Part shown: piece by piece, positions 1 through 8,984 of the stretch
Layout of the letters: each line of letters starts with the position of its first letter
Position numbering within the stretch: position 1 is the first letter of the stretch
Assembly: GCA_043767805.1 (NCBI GenBank)
Contig: JAYUGC010000058.1
Location: 1 to 64,000 of the forward strand
Length of the DNA stretch: 64,000 nt
Direction of reading: 5' to 3'
Source of the DNA: Pseudomonadota bacterium
GTDB lineage: Bacteria > Bdellovibrionota > FAC87 > UBA2466
Translations under genes and position numbers: made by a program
The notes under the pieces: generated by a model
What the model saw: the letters and a program-made list of their open reading frames with translations, nothing else
Databases searched by the model: none
Told to the model about the DNA's origin: nothing

Positions 1-93
1 ACGCCACGCGCCGCGGATATTGTTTCGGTGCGTTTCTCCTTATACTGGAAAGTAAGCTTTTATAAATCCCCGCCCCTTTAAAAAATACTAACA

Positions 94-2814
94 TTGCGCA
101 TTAAAAATTTATGGCTAGGCCTAGCTCTGTGCGGACTCTTGGGGTCCGGCACGGGGTACGCCGCCGCCGGGTTTGATCCCGACGGCGAGCGGATCGTAGA
201 GCTCGTGCTCGACGATAACTCCCTGCTGAGCGAAGGCGTCGTACTCTATCCGTTTGGGGACGAGTACGTTTTCCCCTTGGGAGAGATGGCGCGATCTCTG
301 TCGCTCGCCATCCAGATCTCGACGAAACTCTCCGTCGCCGAGGGCTTCGTGGCCCAGCCCGAGAACCGCTTCAAGCTCGACTTGAAAAATTGCAGCGTCG
401 AATATTTCGGCAAGCGCGAGACCTATGATTGCAGCTTGGCCTTTCTCCACAACACCGACATTTACGTCCATCAGCGCCTCTTCGAAAAATGGATTCCGTC
501 GCGGCTCACGGTCAACGCCCTACGCGCGCAAGTGGTCATCACGCCGAAAATCGAGTTCCCGGTGCAAGCGAGAATTGCCCGGGAGAGACTCGCCAAAAGC
601 CAAAGCGGCGAAAGAATGGAATACGACCCGGGTTATCCGCGGATTCCGCTGGAAACGAGTCTCGCAGACGGGCTTTTCGCCGAGAGCCAGATCACTTTGA
701 TGCACCAAAAGAACGTGGGCATCAATCAGACCGAGATACAGCACTCGAGCCAGCTCGCCGGAGAGCTGCTCGGCTTCGAAGCGACTTCTCTTCTCTCGGG
801 GAATCAGAAAAAATTCCAGTCCATCCGGTTCTCCATGGCCCGCATCGCCGGCAATCAGGAAACGCCGATGTTCGGCGCGATGAAGGTGCGCGAGCTGAGA
901 CTGGTCGACGTGGCTTTCCCGCCGCTTCCGCTCCTCTCCAACTCGAGCACCGGAAGAGGCATTTACGTTTCCACCTTCCGCATCGATCGGCCGACCACCT
1001 TCGAGACGGCGGAAATCCAAGGGCCGCTCGCCCCGGGCTGGGAAGTCGTCTTGTACCGAAACGACGTACTCATCGATCGCCAGCTGACCGACGACGGCCG
1101 GTACCGTTTCAAAGCCGTCCCGCTCTATTACGGCCGCAATAGTTTCCGGTTGAATTTTTTCGGGCCTCAGGGAGAAAGACGAGTCGAGTACCGCAACTAC
1201 AACATCTCTCCGGAGCTACTCATCCCGGGTGAGTTCAACTACCGCTTCGGCGTCTCCCATCTGGACACGGGCAGCGATCAGATTTTCGCGGAGTACGCCC
1301 AGAACTTGGCGAAGTACTTTACGATCAACACCGGCATCTTTCACGATAGCGGGCTCAATAAGATTTTGGGTTATGCGGGCCTTACCGGCGTCAACGAGCT
1401 CTTTCTCTTCACCACCAACTGCGCTGTTTCTTCCGATGGAGGCAAGGCCTGCGAGTGGGGTCCCCAGTTCGGCGTGGAGAACCTGACCTTCGGCGGAAAG
1501 TACACGCGCCTCTTTAATTTCCACAGCGACAAGTTCAACAAGGATCCGCTGAGCGTCCTGCAGGACGCGCAGATCAAAGTGAACGTGTCCTACTTCTTTC
1601 GCACTACACCCGGCGTGAACCTCACGCTGGAGTATATTCAGCAGCGCTACGTGAACCGGACGAAAACTGACAGCGTCACCAGCCGCACCGCCATGGGCTC
1701 GGGCGCCTTCCTCTTCAACAACGAGCTGAGATATACCTTCGGAGCCACGGCGCCGGTCAGCGGAGAATGGGAAATCACTTACGTGCCCCAGGCCATTCGT
1801 TACTCGCTTACCGCGGCTTACGATACCCGGCGGGTGAACACTCTCGGCTTCGCGTTTCAAAAAAACCAGTCCGGTAAGTACAACGTGCTCTTCTCGACGA
1901 AATACGACACCGTCGGGCGGATCCCCACCATCACCCTAAACGGCTCGAAGCTTTTTGAAAAATTCACGGTGGGCTTAAACTCCTCGACCAACTTCAAAGA
2001 CTATTCCCTTGGTCTCGTCTTCGGCATCGGCGGCATCTTCGATTCCAGAGAAGCCTCTCTCACCGCCGCTCGCCCCCCGGTAGCCGCTCTCGGCGGCGCC
2101 ATGGTGAACGTGTACAAAGACCTGAACTCGAATGGAAAGCGCGACGCCGAAGATACCGCGCTTGCCGGCTACCACATCAAGGTCGGCGAGCGCATGGCGG
2201 AAGGAAAGACGGATGCGAACGGGCGCCTCTTCCTGCGTGATCTGAGGCCCCATGCGCCCACCGACGTGGCGATTTCCCAAGACTCCATGACGACCGATCC
2301 CTACCTGCGTCCCGCGATGGATGGCTACCGCATTTTCAGCCGAGCGGGAAAACTCGTGCGCCTCGATTTACCGGTCGTCGTAGTGGGAGAAATCGACGGC
2401 TACGTGCAGACCGAGGCGAAGCACGGGCATCCCGCCCAGCCCCTGAGAAACGCCTTTGTTCAATTGGTCACGCTTTCCGGCGAAGTGCTGAACGAAACGA
2501 AAACCGACGAGGAAGGCTTCTTCAACTTCCCCTCCGTGAAAGTCGGCAAGTACTACGTGCGCTTGCACCCGGAGCAAATGTCTCAAAACGGCTATCAAGT
2601 CAGCCCCGCTTACCGCGAAGCCACCATCGAGCCGGGCGGTTCTTTCCAAAGCTTGGAGGAGTTCCATCTTTCCCAAACCGGAGAACCGGTCGAGGGCGAT
2701 AGTCAGATCCCCCAGCCCGAACAGGGACAAGTCCACCAACCCCAAATCCCCAAGCAGGCGGTCGAGCCGGATAGCGGCGTCGTCACCGTGCCGAACTTCG
2801 ATCCGGCGCCTTGA
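94..2814 (+). CDS. Outer-membrane usher-like protein of a chaperone-usher pilus system
   Basis: 906 aa, signal peptide, usher-like motifs (WEVVLYRNDVLID, GRYRFKAVPLYYGRNSFRLNFFGPQGE), beta-rich centre, C-terminal SdrD/carboxypeptidase-regulatory-like domains (YKDLNSNGKRD, TKTDEEGFFNF); next to pilins and a chaperone; TTG start. Confidence 0.8.
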   Translation: MRIKNLWLGLALCGLLGSGTGYAAAGFDPDGERIVELVLDDNSLLSEGVVLYPFGDEYVFPLGEMARSLSLAIQISTKLSVAEGFVAQPENRFKLDLKNCSVEYFGKRETYDCSLAFLHNTDIYVHQRLFEKWIPSRLTVNALRAQVVITPKIEFPVQARIARERLAKSQSGERMEYDPGYPRIPLETSLADGLFAESQITLMHQKNVGINQTEIQHSSQLAGELLGFEATSLLSGNQKKFQSIRFSMARIAGNQETPMFGAMKVRELRLVDVAFPPLPLLSNSSTGRGIYVSTFRIDRPTTFETAEIQGPLAPGWEVVLYRNDVLIDRQLTDDGRYRFKAVPLYYGRNSFRLNFFGPQGERRVEYRNYNISPELLIPGEFNYRFGVSHLDTGSDQIFAEYAQNLAKYFTINTGIFHDSGLNKILGYAGLTGVNELFLFTTNCAVSSDGGKACEWGPQFGVENLTFGGKYTRLFNFHSDKFNKDPLSVLQDAQIKVNVSYFFRTTPGVNLTLEYIQQRYVNRTKTDSVTSRTAMGSGAFLFNNELRYTFGATAPVSGEWEITYVPQAIRYSLTAAYDTRRVNTLGFAFQKNQSGKYNVLFSTKYDTVGRIPTITLNGSKLFEKFTVGLNSSTNFKDYSLGLVFGIGGIFDSREASLTAARPPVAALGGAMVNVYKDLNSNGKRDAEDTALAGYHIKVGERMAEGKTDANGRLFLRDLRPHAPTDVAISQDSMTTDPYLRPAMDGYRIFSRAGKLVRLDLPVVVVGEIDGYVQTEAKHGHPAQPLRNAFVQLVTLSGEVLNETKTDEEGFFNFPSVKVGKYYVRLHPEQMSQNGYQVSPAYREATIEPGGSFQSLEEFHLSQTGEPVEGDSQIPQPEQGQVHQPQIPKQAVEPDSGVVTVPNFDPAP

Positions 2815-3043
2815 TATCATTCGGGAATGCGGAGACCTCGGTGAACAACGTTCAGACGAGTTTCCACCCGAAAGTCCTCCGACGGGGTCCAACCGTCGAG
2901 ATTCGTTAGCGTAAGATCCCTGTGTTTGGGTTCTTAGCAATCAGCACAGTTCCTTAACAAAGTTTAACTAACCTAAGACTAGAGCTAAGGACGGTTTCTG
3001 CCGTTAAGTAAGAAGCTCATTTCGGTTAACCCAAGGAGTACGT

Positions 3044-3559
3044 ATGCGGAATAGACCCCTGTATATCCCAATTCTTTTTGTTGCCGCGTTCATAACTGGC
3101 GTCGCCCTAATCGGGCAACGCACGGTCAATGCCGCGGCTTCTGCCAATACCACGGCGAACTCTCTCGCGCTGATCATCCGAGGTATTACTATCTCGAGCG
3201 ATCGGAACTTGGATTTCGGTGAAGCCTCCCAGGGCACCGCCGCGAAGACGATTCTTCCGGCCGATGCCACCTCCGCGCGCTTCTTAGTCGGCGGAGAAGG
3301 TGCGCACGCTTACACCGTGACGCTTCCGGCTTCCGCGACGATGCTTCGCGTGGGCGGAACGGGTGGCGTCGCCGCGGATGAAATCGCGGTGGCCAGCTTC
3401 GCATCGACCCCAACGGGAGTGGGCGGCTTACTGAGCGGCTCCGCGGGTGGCGCGGGCACGCAAACCGTCACCGTCGGCGCGGCGCGCGCGGCCATTCCGG
3501 AGGGCCAGAACCCGGGCAGCTACACGACGTCGTTCTCGGTGACTGTCGCTTATCCCTAA
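3044..3559 (+). CDS. DUF4402-like pilin subunit 1
   Basis: Signal peptide, LDFG motif, C-terminal GSYTTSFSVTVAYP pilin strand; RBS AAGGAG. Confidence 0.8.
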   Translation: MRNRPLYIPILFVAAFITGVALIGQRTVNAAASANTTANSLALIIRGITISSDRNLDFGEASQGTAAKTILPADATSARFLVGGEGAHAYTVTLPASATMLRVGGTGGVAADEIAVASFASTPTGVGGLLSGSAGGAGTQTVTVGAARAAIPEGQNPGSYTTSFSVTVAYP

Positions 3560-3590
3560 GCTTTAAGCGCTAAAATTTATAGGAGTACGT

Positions 3591-4103
3591 ATGCGGAAAA
3601 ACAATACTTTAGTGCCGACGTTGTTCGTCGGCGCCTTCGTGGTGGGCGTGGCCCTCGTAGGGCAACGCACTAGTCAGGCCGCGGCTTCGGCAAACACCAC
3701 CGCCAACGCCACGGCGTCGATCATCCGGGGTATCACTCTGTCGAGCGATCGAAACCTGGACTTCGGTGAAGCAGCTCAAGGCACCGGCGCAAAAACCATC
3801 CTCCCGGCCGACGCGACTTCAGCGCGCTTCTTGGTGAGCGGTGAAGGCAACCACGCCTACAATATCACGCTTCCGGCTACCGCGACGATGCTTCGCGTGG
3901 GCGGGACGGGCGGTGTCGCCTTGGATGAAATCGTCGTCAACACTTTCGCCTCCGCTCCCAGTGGTTCGGGAACTCTGAACGGCGCGGCGGGCGGGGCCGG
4001 TACGCAGACCATTACGGTCGGCGCGGCTCGTGCGATTCTCCCCTTCAATCAGAACCCGGGTACCTACACCACGTCGTTCTCGGTTACGGTCGCCTATCCC
4101 TAA
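3591..4103 (+). CDS. DUF4402-like pilin subunit 2 (close paralog of subunit 1)
   Basis: Shares IIRGIT.SSDRNLDFGEA.QGT, MLRVGGTGGVA.DEI and YTTSFSVTVAYP with 3044..3559. Confidence 0.8.
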   Translation: MRKNNTLVPTLFVGAFVVGVALVGQRTSQAAASANTTANATASIIRGITLSSDRNLDFGEAAQGTGAKTILPADATSARFLVSGEGNHAYNITLPATATMLRVGGTGGVALDEIVVNTFASAPSGSGTLNGAAGGAGTQTITVGAARAILPFNQNPGTYTTSFSVTVAYP

Positions 4104-4143
4104 TTGGAACTTACGGCCTGAATTGGATGAGGAGTGAGTAGTT

Positions 4144-4641
4144 ATGCGCTTGTCCAAACCTAGGAAATTCCGGACCCTGCTTGTCGTGACCTTCGCGGCG
4201 TTGTCAGTGGGCATCGCGACGTACGCGTACGCGGTGACACTGACCACCGCCCGGGAAAAGGCCCTGGTCACGATGCTGGTCATGCCGTCCCTGCAAATCG
4301 AGAAATACTCCGAGCTGAAGTTCCGCTCCGCCCGTCCGGGCGCCCAAGCGGAAGTCATTTCTCCGCGAGCGCGGGGCGGTGCCGGTGGCGTCAAAGTCGT
4401 GGGCTTCCCGAACCAGGCTTACACGATGTTCTTCCCGCAAACCGTAAACCTGTTCGGCACCAATCCGGAACGCAGCGTTACGGTTTCCGACTTCACTTCC
4501 TATCCCGAAGCGGGCACGGGCCTCTTGGGAACTCAAGGGCAGCTCGAGAACAAAGTCGGCGCTACGCGTAATGAACTCGCCATCGATTTGCCGAGCGGCG
4601 TCTACGAAGGCAACTACACTCTCACCGTCGCCTTCCCCTAA
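4144..4641 (+). CDS. Divergent DUF4402-like (minor) pilin
   Basis: Signal peptide, KVGATR and GVYEGNYTLTVAFP C-terminus matching the two upstream pilins. Confidence 0.7.
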   Translation: MRLSKPRKFRTLLVVTFAALSVGIATYAYAVTLTTAREKALVTMLVMPSLQIEKYSELKFRSARPGAQAEVISPRARGGAGGVKVVGFPNQAYTMFFPQTVNLFGTNPERSVTVSDFTSYPEAGTGLLGTQGQLENKVGATRNELAIDLPSGVYEGNYTLTVAFP

Positions 4642-4735
4642 GCCCTAATCCACGCTAGCTGACTTTCCCAGTCTTGGCATTGGAGAGAACTGCGGTTAGA
4701 CTAAGAATCACAGTCTAATCCTCCGGTATCTCTCT

Positions 4736-5569
4736 ATGATCTCAACTTTGCTTCGCTGGTCCTGGGCGCATTACGTTACGGCGCTTTGGTTCCTGTTTAT
4801 CGCCTCCGGCGCCGAAGCGTCGTTGCAGGTCTTTCCGACGAGAGTCGTGCTGTCGGACAATAAGACGATCTCGCATCTTTCGTTGCGCCACACGGGGACG
4901 GCTCCCGGGCGCTACAACATTAGCGCGGTTTTTTACCGAATGAACCCACAAGGGAACTTGGAGCTCGCGGACAACCCCACGGACGAAGAGCACTCGGCCG
5001 TTAAGCTCATTCGTTTTTCTCCCAAGAAAACCACCATCGGTCCCAACCAAGAGCAGGTGGTCCGCGTAATTTACGCCGGCCCCAAGAACTTACCCGACGG
5101 CGAGTACCGCGCGCACATTCATTTTGAGCCTCTCGATGCCACCGACGCTTCCTCGACCCCGGCCGCCGCGAAGCCTGGCCAGGTTTCCATGGCGATGACC
5201 GCGCGGATTGCGGTCGCCGTTCCGCTCATTTATCGCAAGGGCAACCCTGAGTTCAAAGCCACGCTCTCGAACCTCGGCCTGCTCAGGCTTCCCGATCAAA
5301 CACCGGCGTTCCGCGCGGATTTGGCGAGCGAAGGCAAAGCTTTTGCGTTCGGAGATTTCTTCGCTTTCTTCACGCCCAATGGCGGCCAGCCCAAGCAGGT
5401 TGGCCTCGTTCGCAGCGTCGCCTCTTACAATCCGAAACGGGAAGTGCAGTATCCGCTTACCATTCCGGATGGCGTGCAGATCGCGGGCGGCACCTTCCGC
5501 CTCGAGTTCCGCCAGACGGAAGACCGCGGCGGCAATCTCATTACGTTCCTCGAAGCCCCCGTGCAGTAA
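4736..5569 (+). CDS. Periplasmic pilus assembly chaperone (PapD-like)
   Basis: LQVFPTRVVL, IRFSPKKTTIGPNQEQVVRV and LPDGEYRAHIHF motifs; signal peptide. Confidence 0.85.
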   Translation: MISTLLRWSWAHYVTALWFLFIASGAEASLQVFPTRVVLSDNKTISHLSLRHTGTAPGRYNISAVFYRMNPQGNLELADNPTDEEHSAVKLIRFSPKKTTIGPNQEQVVRVIYAGPKNLPDGEYRAHIHFEPLDATDASSTPAAAKPGQVSMAMTARIAVAVPLIYRKGNPEFKATLSNLGLLRLPDQTPAFRADLASEGKAFAFGDFFAFFTPNGGQPKQVGLVRSVASYNPKREVQYPLTIPDGVQIAGGTFRLEFRQTEDRGGNLITFLEAPVQ

Positions 5570-5592
5570 CCTTTCCAGGCTCCTCGGACGGA

Positions 5593-7110
5593 CTAAAAGC
5601 TGAAGCCGATGTCCATGAGCAGAGACGGCAGCAGGTTCGATGTATCGAGCGGTACGTTGGCGGTCTTCACCTTCGTCAGGTAATTCAAACCTACGCCGAA
5701 GCCGAAGTTCATGCCGTTATCCCACTGCCACCGCCAGCCGGAACCGGCCGAGAGCATGAGAGAGCTGAAAGACTCGGTGGTGCCGTCCATGGAAGCGCTT
5801 AGACCAATGGTGCCGAGGGCTCCGTAGATCCACATGCCGCGGAACCAGCCCGACTCATAGAACGAAACGTTACCCTGAATGGCGGTTCCCTTGAGGGTTC
5901 CGCCACCCGTCGGATAGTTCATCATGGTAGCGCCCATTCCGAGGGACAAATGCTGGCTCAGAGCGTGCTCGTAACGTGCGCCGGGGAAAACGTAGTTCAC
6001 GCCCGCTATGACGTTGCCCATCCGGGGCTTGCCGACGAACTCGGACTCCGTCACGGCGGTGGGAGCGCGCGAGTCTTGCTCTAGGTCCACCGCGGGAGCG
6101 CCTCCCCCTTTCTTTAAGACCTCGGGGTTACCGGAGCCGGCCGCGTGCATGGTGTCGCCGACGGAAACCGGGTACTCCGAGGCCATGTTCATTTCCACCA
6201 TCGCGGCCATCTGATTGGCCTGCATCACTTTACCGCAACCAATCTCGTAGCCTTTGCGTTGCGCGCAGACCACATCGCCCTGAGCCCAAGGCGTGCCTTC
6301 GTTGTGGGTGATGATGAGCGCCGACTGATCTTCGGCGGCCTGATACACGAAAGACGTTTTCGGCTGGCCACGTACCCAAGACCCGATGACGACATTCTGC
6401 ACGGGTTGGTCCGATTTGAAGGCCGCCGCCACGTCGTTGACTTGCAAGATGATGCCGCAACCGACTGGCCGCCCCGCGCTCGTCGCGCACGCGCGATCGC
6501 CTTCGTGCCATTTATCGAAAACGCCCTGGCGCATTTGAATGGAGTTGGAGGGAACGTCGACCGCGAGCACCGCGGTCTCCAGGAAAGCGGCGCGGACGAA
6601 ATCTCCGGCCACGACCCAAGCGGTCGCTCCCGTCAGCTTCAAACGCGCTCTGTCCTCGAGCGTTTCGACGATGTGGCCACAACCCACGGTGAGATCGCCG
6701 CGAGCGACACAAGCGGTATCGCCGGCGTACCAAGGCTGGTTCACGGGATGGGAAACCCAAAAGTCTGTGCCTTCGGTGATGATCTCAAAAACCTGAGACG
6801 AGTCGCGCGCGATCTCGACTAGGTCGCCAACGACCACCGGCACGGCGCCTCGGCGCTGAACCGTGACGAGAGCCGCGGCATCATTGGCCGCTTCCACTAC
6901 GCCGACCGCGAGGTAGCCGTCTTGACGGCGGGCCATGACGGGATCGCCGATGCCCCAAAGGCGGCCTTGCTCGTGAGTGATGATCCACTGCGACTGATCT
7001 TCGGCGACCTGATAGACCTGCGCGCCCCACGCCGGAGACAATCCCGCGAGGCATAGTACGACGGCGAGAATTAAGCCCCACCTCGTTTCTAAAAAAACAC
7101 GCAGTCCCAC
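5593..7110 (-). CDS. Secreted protein with four ~74-aa repeats and a C-terminal outer-membrane beta-barrel
   Basis: Signal peptide; repeated W..GD..C...GCG motif; amphipathic beta strands (GWRWQWDNGMNFGFGVG) and terminal Phe (DIGFSF). Confidence 0.7.
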   Translation of the reverse strand: MGLRVFLETRWGLILAVVLCLAGLSPAWGAQVYQVAEDQSQWIITHEQGRLWGIGDPVMARRQDGYLAVGVVEAANDAAALVTVQRRGAVPVVVGDLVEIARDSSQVFEIITEGTDFWVSHPVNQPWYAGDTACVARGDLTVGCGHIVETLEDRARLKLTGATAWVVAGDFVRAAFLETAVLAVDVPSNSIQMRQGVFDKWHEGDRACATSAGRPVGCGIILQVNDVAAAFKSDQPVQNVVIGSWVRGQPKTSFVYQAAEDQSALIITHNEGTPWAQGDVVCAQRKGYEIGCGKVMQANQMAAMVEMNMASEYPVSVGDTMHAAGSGNPEVLKKGGGAPAVDLEQDSRAPTAVTESEFVGKPRMGNVIAGVNYVFPGARYEHALSQHLSLGMGATMMNYPTGGGTLKGTAIQGNVSFYESGWFRGMWIYGALGTIGLSASMDGTTESFSSLMLSAGSGWRWQWDNGMNFGFGVGLNYLTKVKTANVPLDTSNLLPSLLMDIGFSF

Positions 7111-7193
7111 GAAGTATGTATCGGAACTTCAAGGGGAAAGCTTGACCGGGGAGCAGCAGCCCCAAGCGTTAAGAAGGCGGGGTTTGGTTTTCT

Positions 7194-7445
7194 TTAATCG
7201 GTGGCTTTTTTGTTAACTAAATCGAGCATTTGCTGGCAACAGGCCGTCACCTCGAAAGCCGCTTTATCGATCGAGGGGCCTTTAACGAGAAAGACGGGCT
7301 CCTCGCGGTGCGTCGGACATTTTAAGATCCCGAATCTTTGATTGAGCGACTGCACGATGGACTCGTAAACCTTGCGTTCGAGGGACCGCTCGATTTGTGC
7401 GGGAACCACGCTTTTTCCGGCGATTTCGAATTTAACTAAAGCCAT
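7194..7445 (-). CDS. Small hypothetical protein with CPxH...CC motif
   Basis: 83 aa, protein-like composition, fills the gap between co-oriented genes. Confidence 0.6.
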   Translation of the reverse strand: MALVKFEIAGKSVVPAQIERSLERKVYESIVQSLNQRFGILKCPTHREEPVFLVKGPSIDKAAFEVTACCQQMLDLVNKKATD

Positions 7446-7472
7446 TTGACCCTTGAGATTTCCACAGAAAAT

Positions 7473-8984
7473 TCAGTTAGGCGAGAGAGGAATTCCATCC
7501 CTCGGCTCGCGGGGATGTAAAGACGCTTTCGCGCGCGTTTCCGACATCGCCAGTAGCTGCGCCGCGGTGGGAACGGGCTCCGCCCGGACGATCATCTGGT
7601 ACGCGAAGAGCCCGGGCCAGAAGCGGGCAAGCCTTGCGTTCATCCGCTCGAGAAAAAGCGCGAACCGGGGCGAGGACGGCAAGACCGAGCTAAACGGCAT
7701 GGGTACCGCTTCGAGAGATCGGATGCGGTACCCGCACTGATCGAAGAGTCTCTTGAACGAGCCGATGGTGAACAAGCGGCGGTGCGTGCGATCCAAAATA
7801 CCGCGCGGCCCATAGTTGAACTGTCCCAAGGCGAGCATGAGCCGCACGACAAAAAAAGCGACGTTTCCCGTCGACACCACGAGAGTCGTGCCCGCCGACG
7901 GAGGAAGCGCGCGGCGAACCATATCCAGAAAAACTTCGGGCTCGACCATGTGCTCGATGACGTCGCCCAGTAAAAGCACGTCGTAGCTCGATCGCTTGAG
8001 CACTTCTTCCACGTCTTCGGGGTGCCGGTTCAGATCGATCTGGCGGTAACGGCGCACGCGATCCGACACGAGCTCTTGCGGCAGAAAATCGACGCCGTCG
8101 ACGATACAGCCGCGCTCCGAAAGTTTTCCGGCGAGCCAGCCCTGCCCGCAACCGATATCGAGGACAATCAATTTTTCCCCGATGGTCCTGACCAACATCG
8201 AGTGGCTCGAGAAAGCGCTCTCCTTGAGGCCGTACGGACTCTCACCCACGTCGAACTTGGGGTCGTAGAGAAAGCCCATGCTCTGAAGCCGGTGATGAAA
8301 ATACGCGGTGAGGCTACGGCACGCGTAGCGAAAGCCACTCGCTCCCCGAAAGCCGTTGGACGCCGCCGTTTGGAGCGGCACTTGAATCAGCCGCGCTCCC
8401 GCGGTCACCGCCTGTACGACCATCTCGGCATGAAAGCCCATATCGTCGGAGTTTCTTTCGAACGGAATGCGCCTTAAGAAGCTCGTCGAGAAACTCTGAA
8501 AGCGAGACTCCGTCTCGAGCAAACGGCAGCCCAAAATGCGATTTCGGGCGAGCGTCAGAATCCGACTCGCCCAGCGCTTTGCGAAAGGCATCGCCGATCC
8601 GATGCGAGCCGCGAAGACCGCGTCGGGGGCAGGATCGGTTTGGTAATGGCCGAGAAGGCTTTCCAAAACTTCGCTGGAGAAAGCGGCGTCTCCATGAACG
8701 ACGAAAACCCGCTGAAACTTTTTATCGATGGCGTAACGGAATCCCAGTTTCTGGCTGGCTCCCGGGCCTTGAGACTTCGGATTGCGGAGCACCCTTACCC
8801 GAGCGCCACGGGTCACCCGGCGCACGGCCGCGTCGCTGACGAAAAAAGTCTGATCCTGGCTATCGTCGTCGACAACGAGGACTTCACTCTCGATGTCCGC
8901 CAGAACCGAAGCAGGCAATCCCTCGAGAACCCGCTCGATGGAATGCTCGTGATTGGAGGCCAAAATAAGAATCAGATTATTCAA
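7473..8984 (-). CDS. Bifunctional GT2 glycosyltransferase / class I SAM methyltransferase
   Basis: VLVVDDDSQD and VVHGD GT2 motifs; VLDIGCGQG, DVIEH and GILDRTH methyltransferase motifs. Confidence 0.85.
   Translation of the reverse strand: MNNLILILASNHEHSIERVLEGLPASVLADIESEVLVVDDDSQDQTFFVSDAAVRRVTRGARVRVLRNPKSQGPGASQKLGFRYAIDKKFQRVFVVHGDAAFSSEVLESLLGHYQTDPAPDAVFAARIGSAMPFAKRWASRILTLARNRILGCRLLETESRFQSFSTSFLRRIPFERNSDDMGFHAEMVVQAVTAGARLIQVPLQTAASNGFRGASGFRYACRSLTAYFHHRLQSMGFLYDPKFDVGESPYGLKESAFSSHSMLVRTIGEKLIVLDIGCGQGWLAGKLSERGCIVDGVDFLPQELVSDRVRRYRQIDLNRHPEDVEEVLKRSSYDVLLLGDVIEHMVEPEVFLDMVRRALPPSAGTTLVVSTGNVAFFVVRLMLALGQFNYGPRGILDRTHRRLFTIGSFKRLFDQCGYRIRSLEAVPMPFSSVLPSSPRFALFLERMNARLARFWPGLFAYQMIVRAEPVPTAAQLLAMSETRAKASLHPREPRDGIPLSPN

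Noticed and set aside
4696..4718. TTAGACT-N9-AGTCTAA palindrome before the chaperone gene, possible invertible-switch end
   Set aside because: No partner repeat or recombinase in the window; at most an operator
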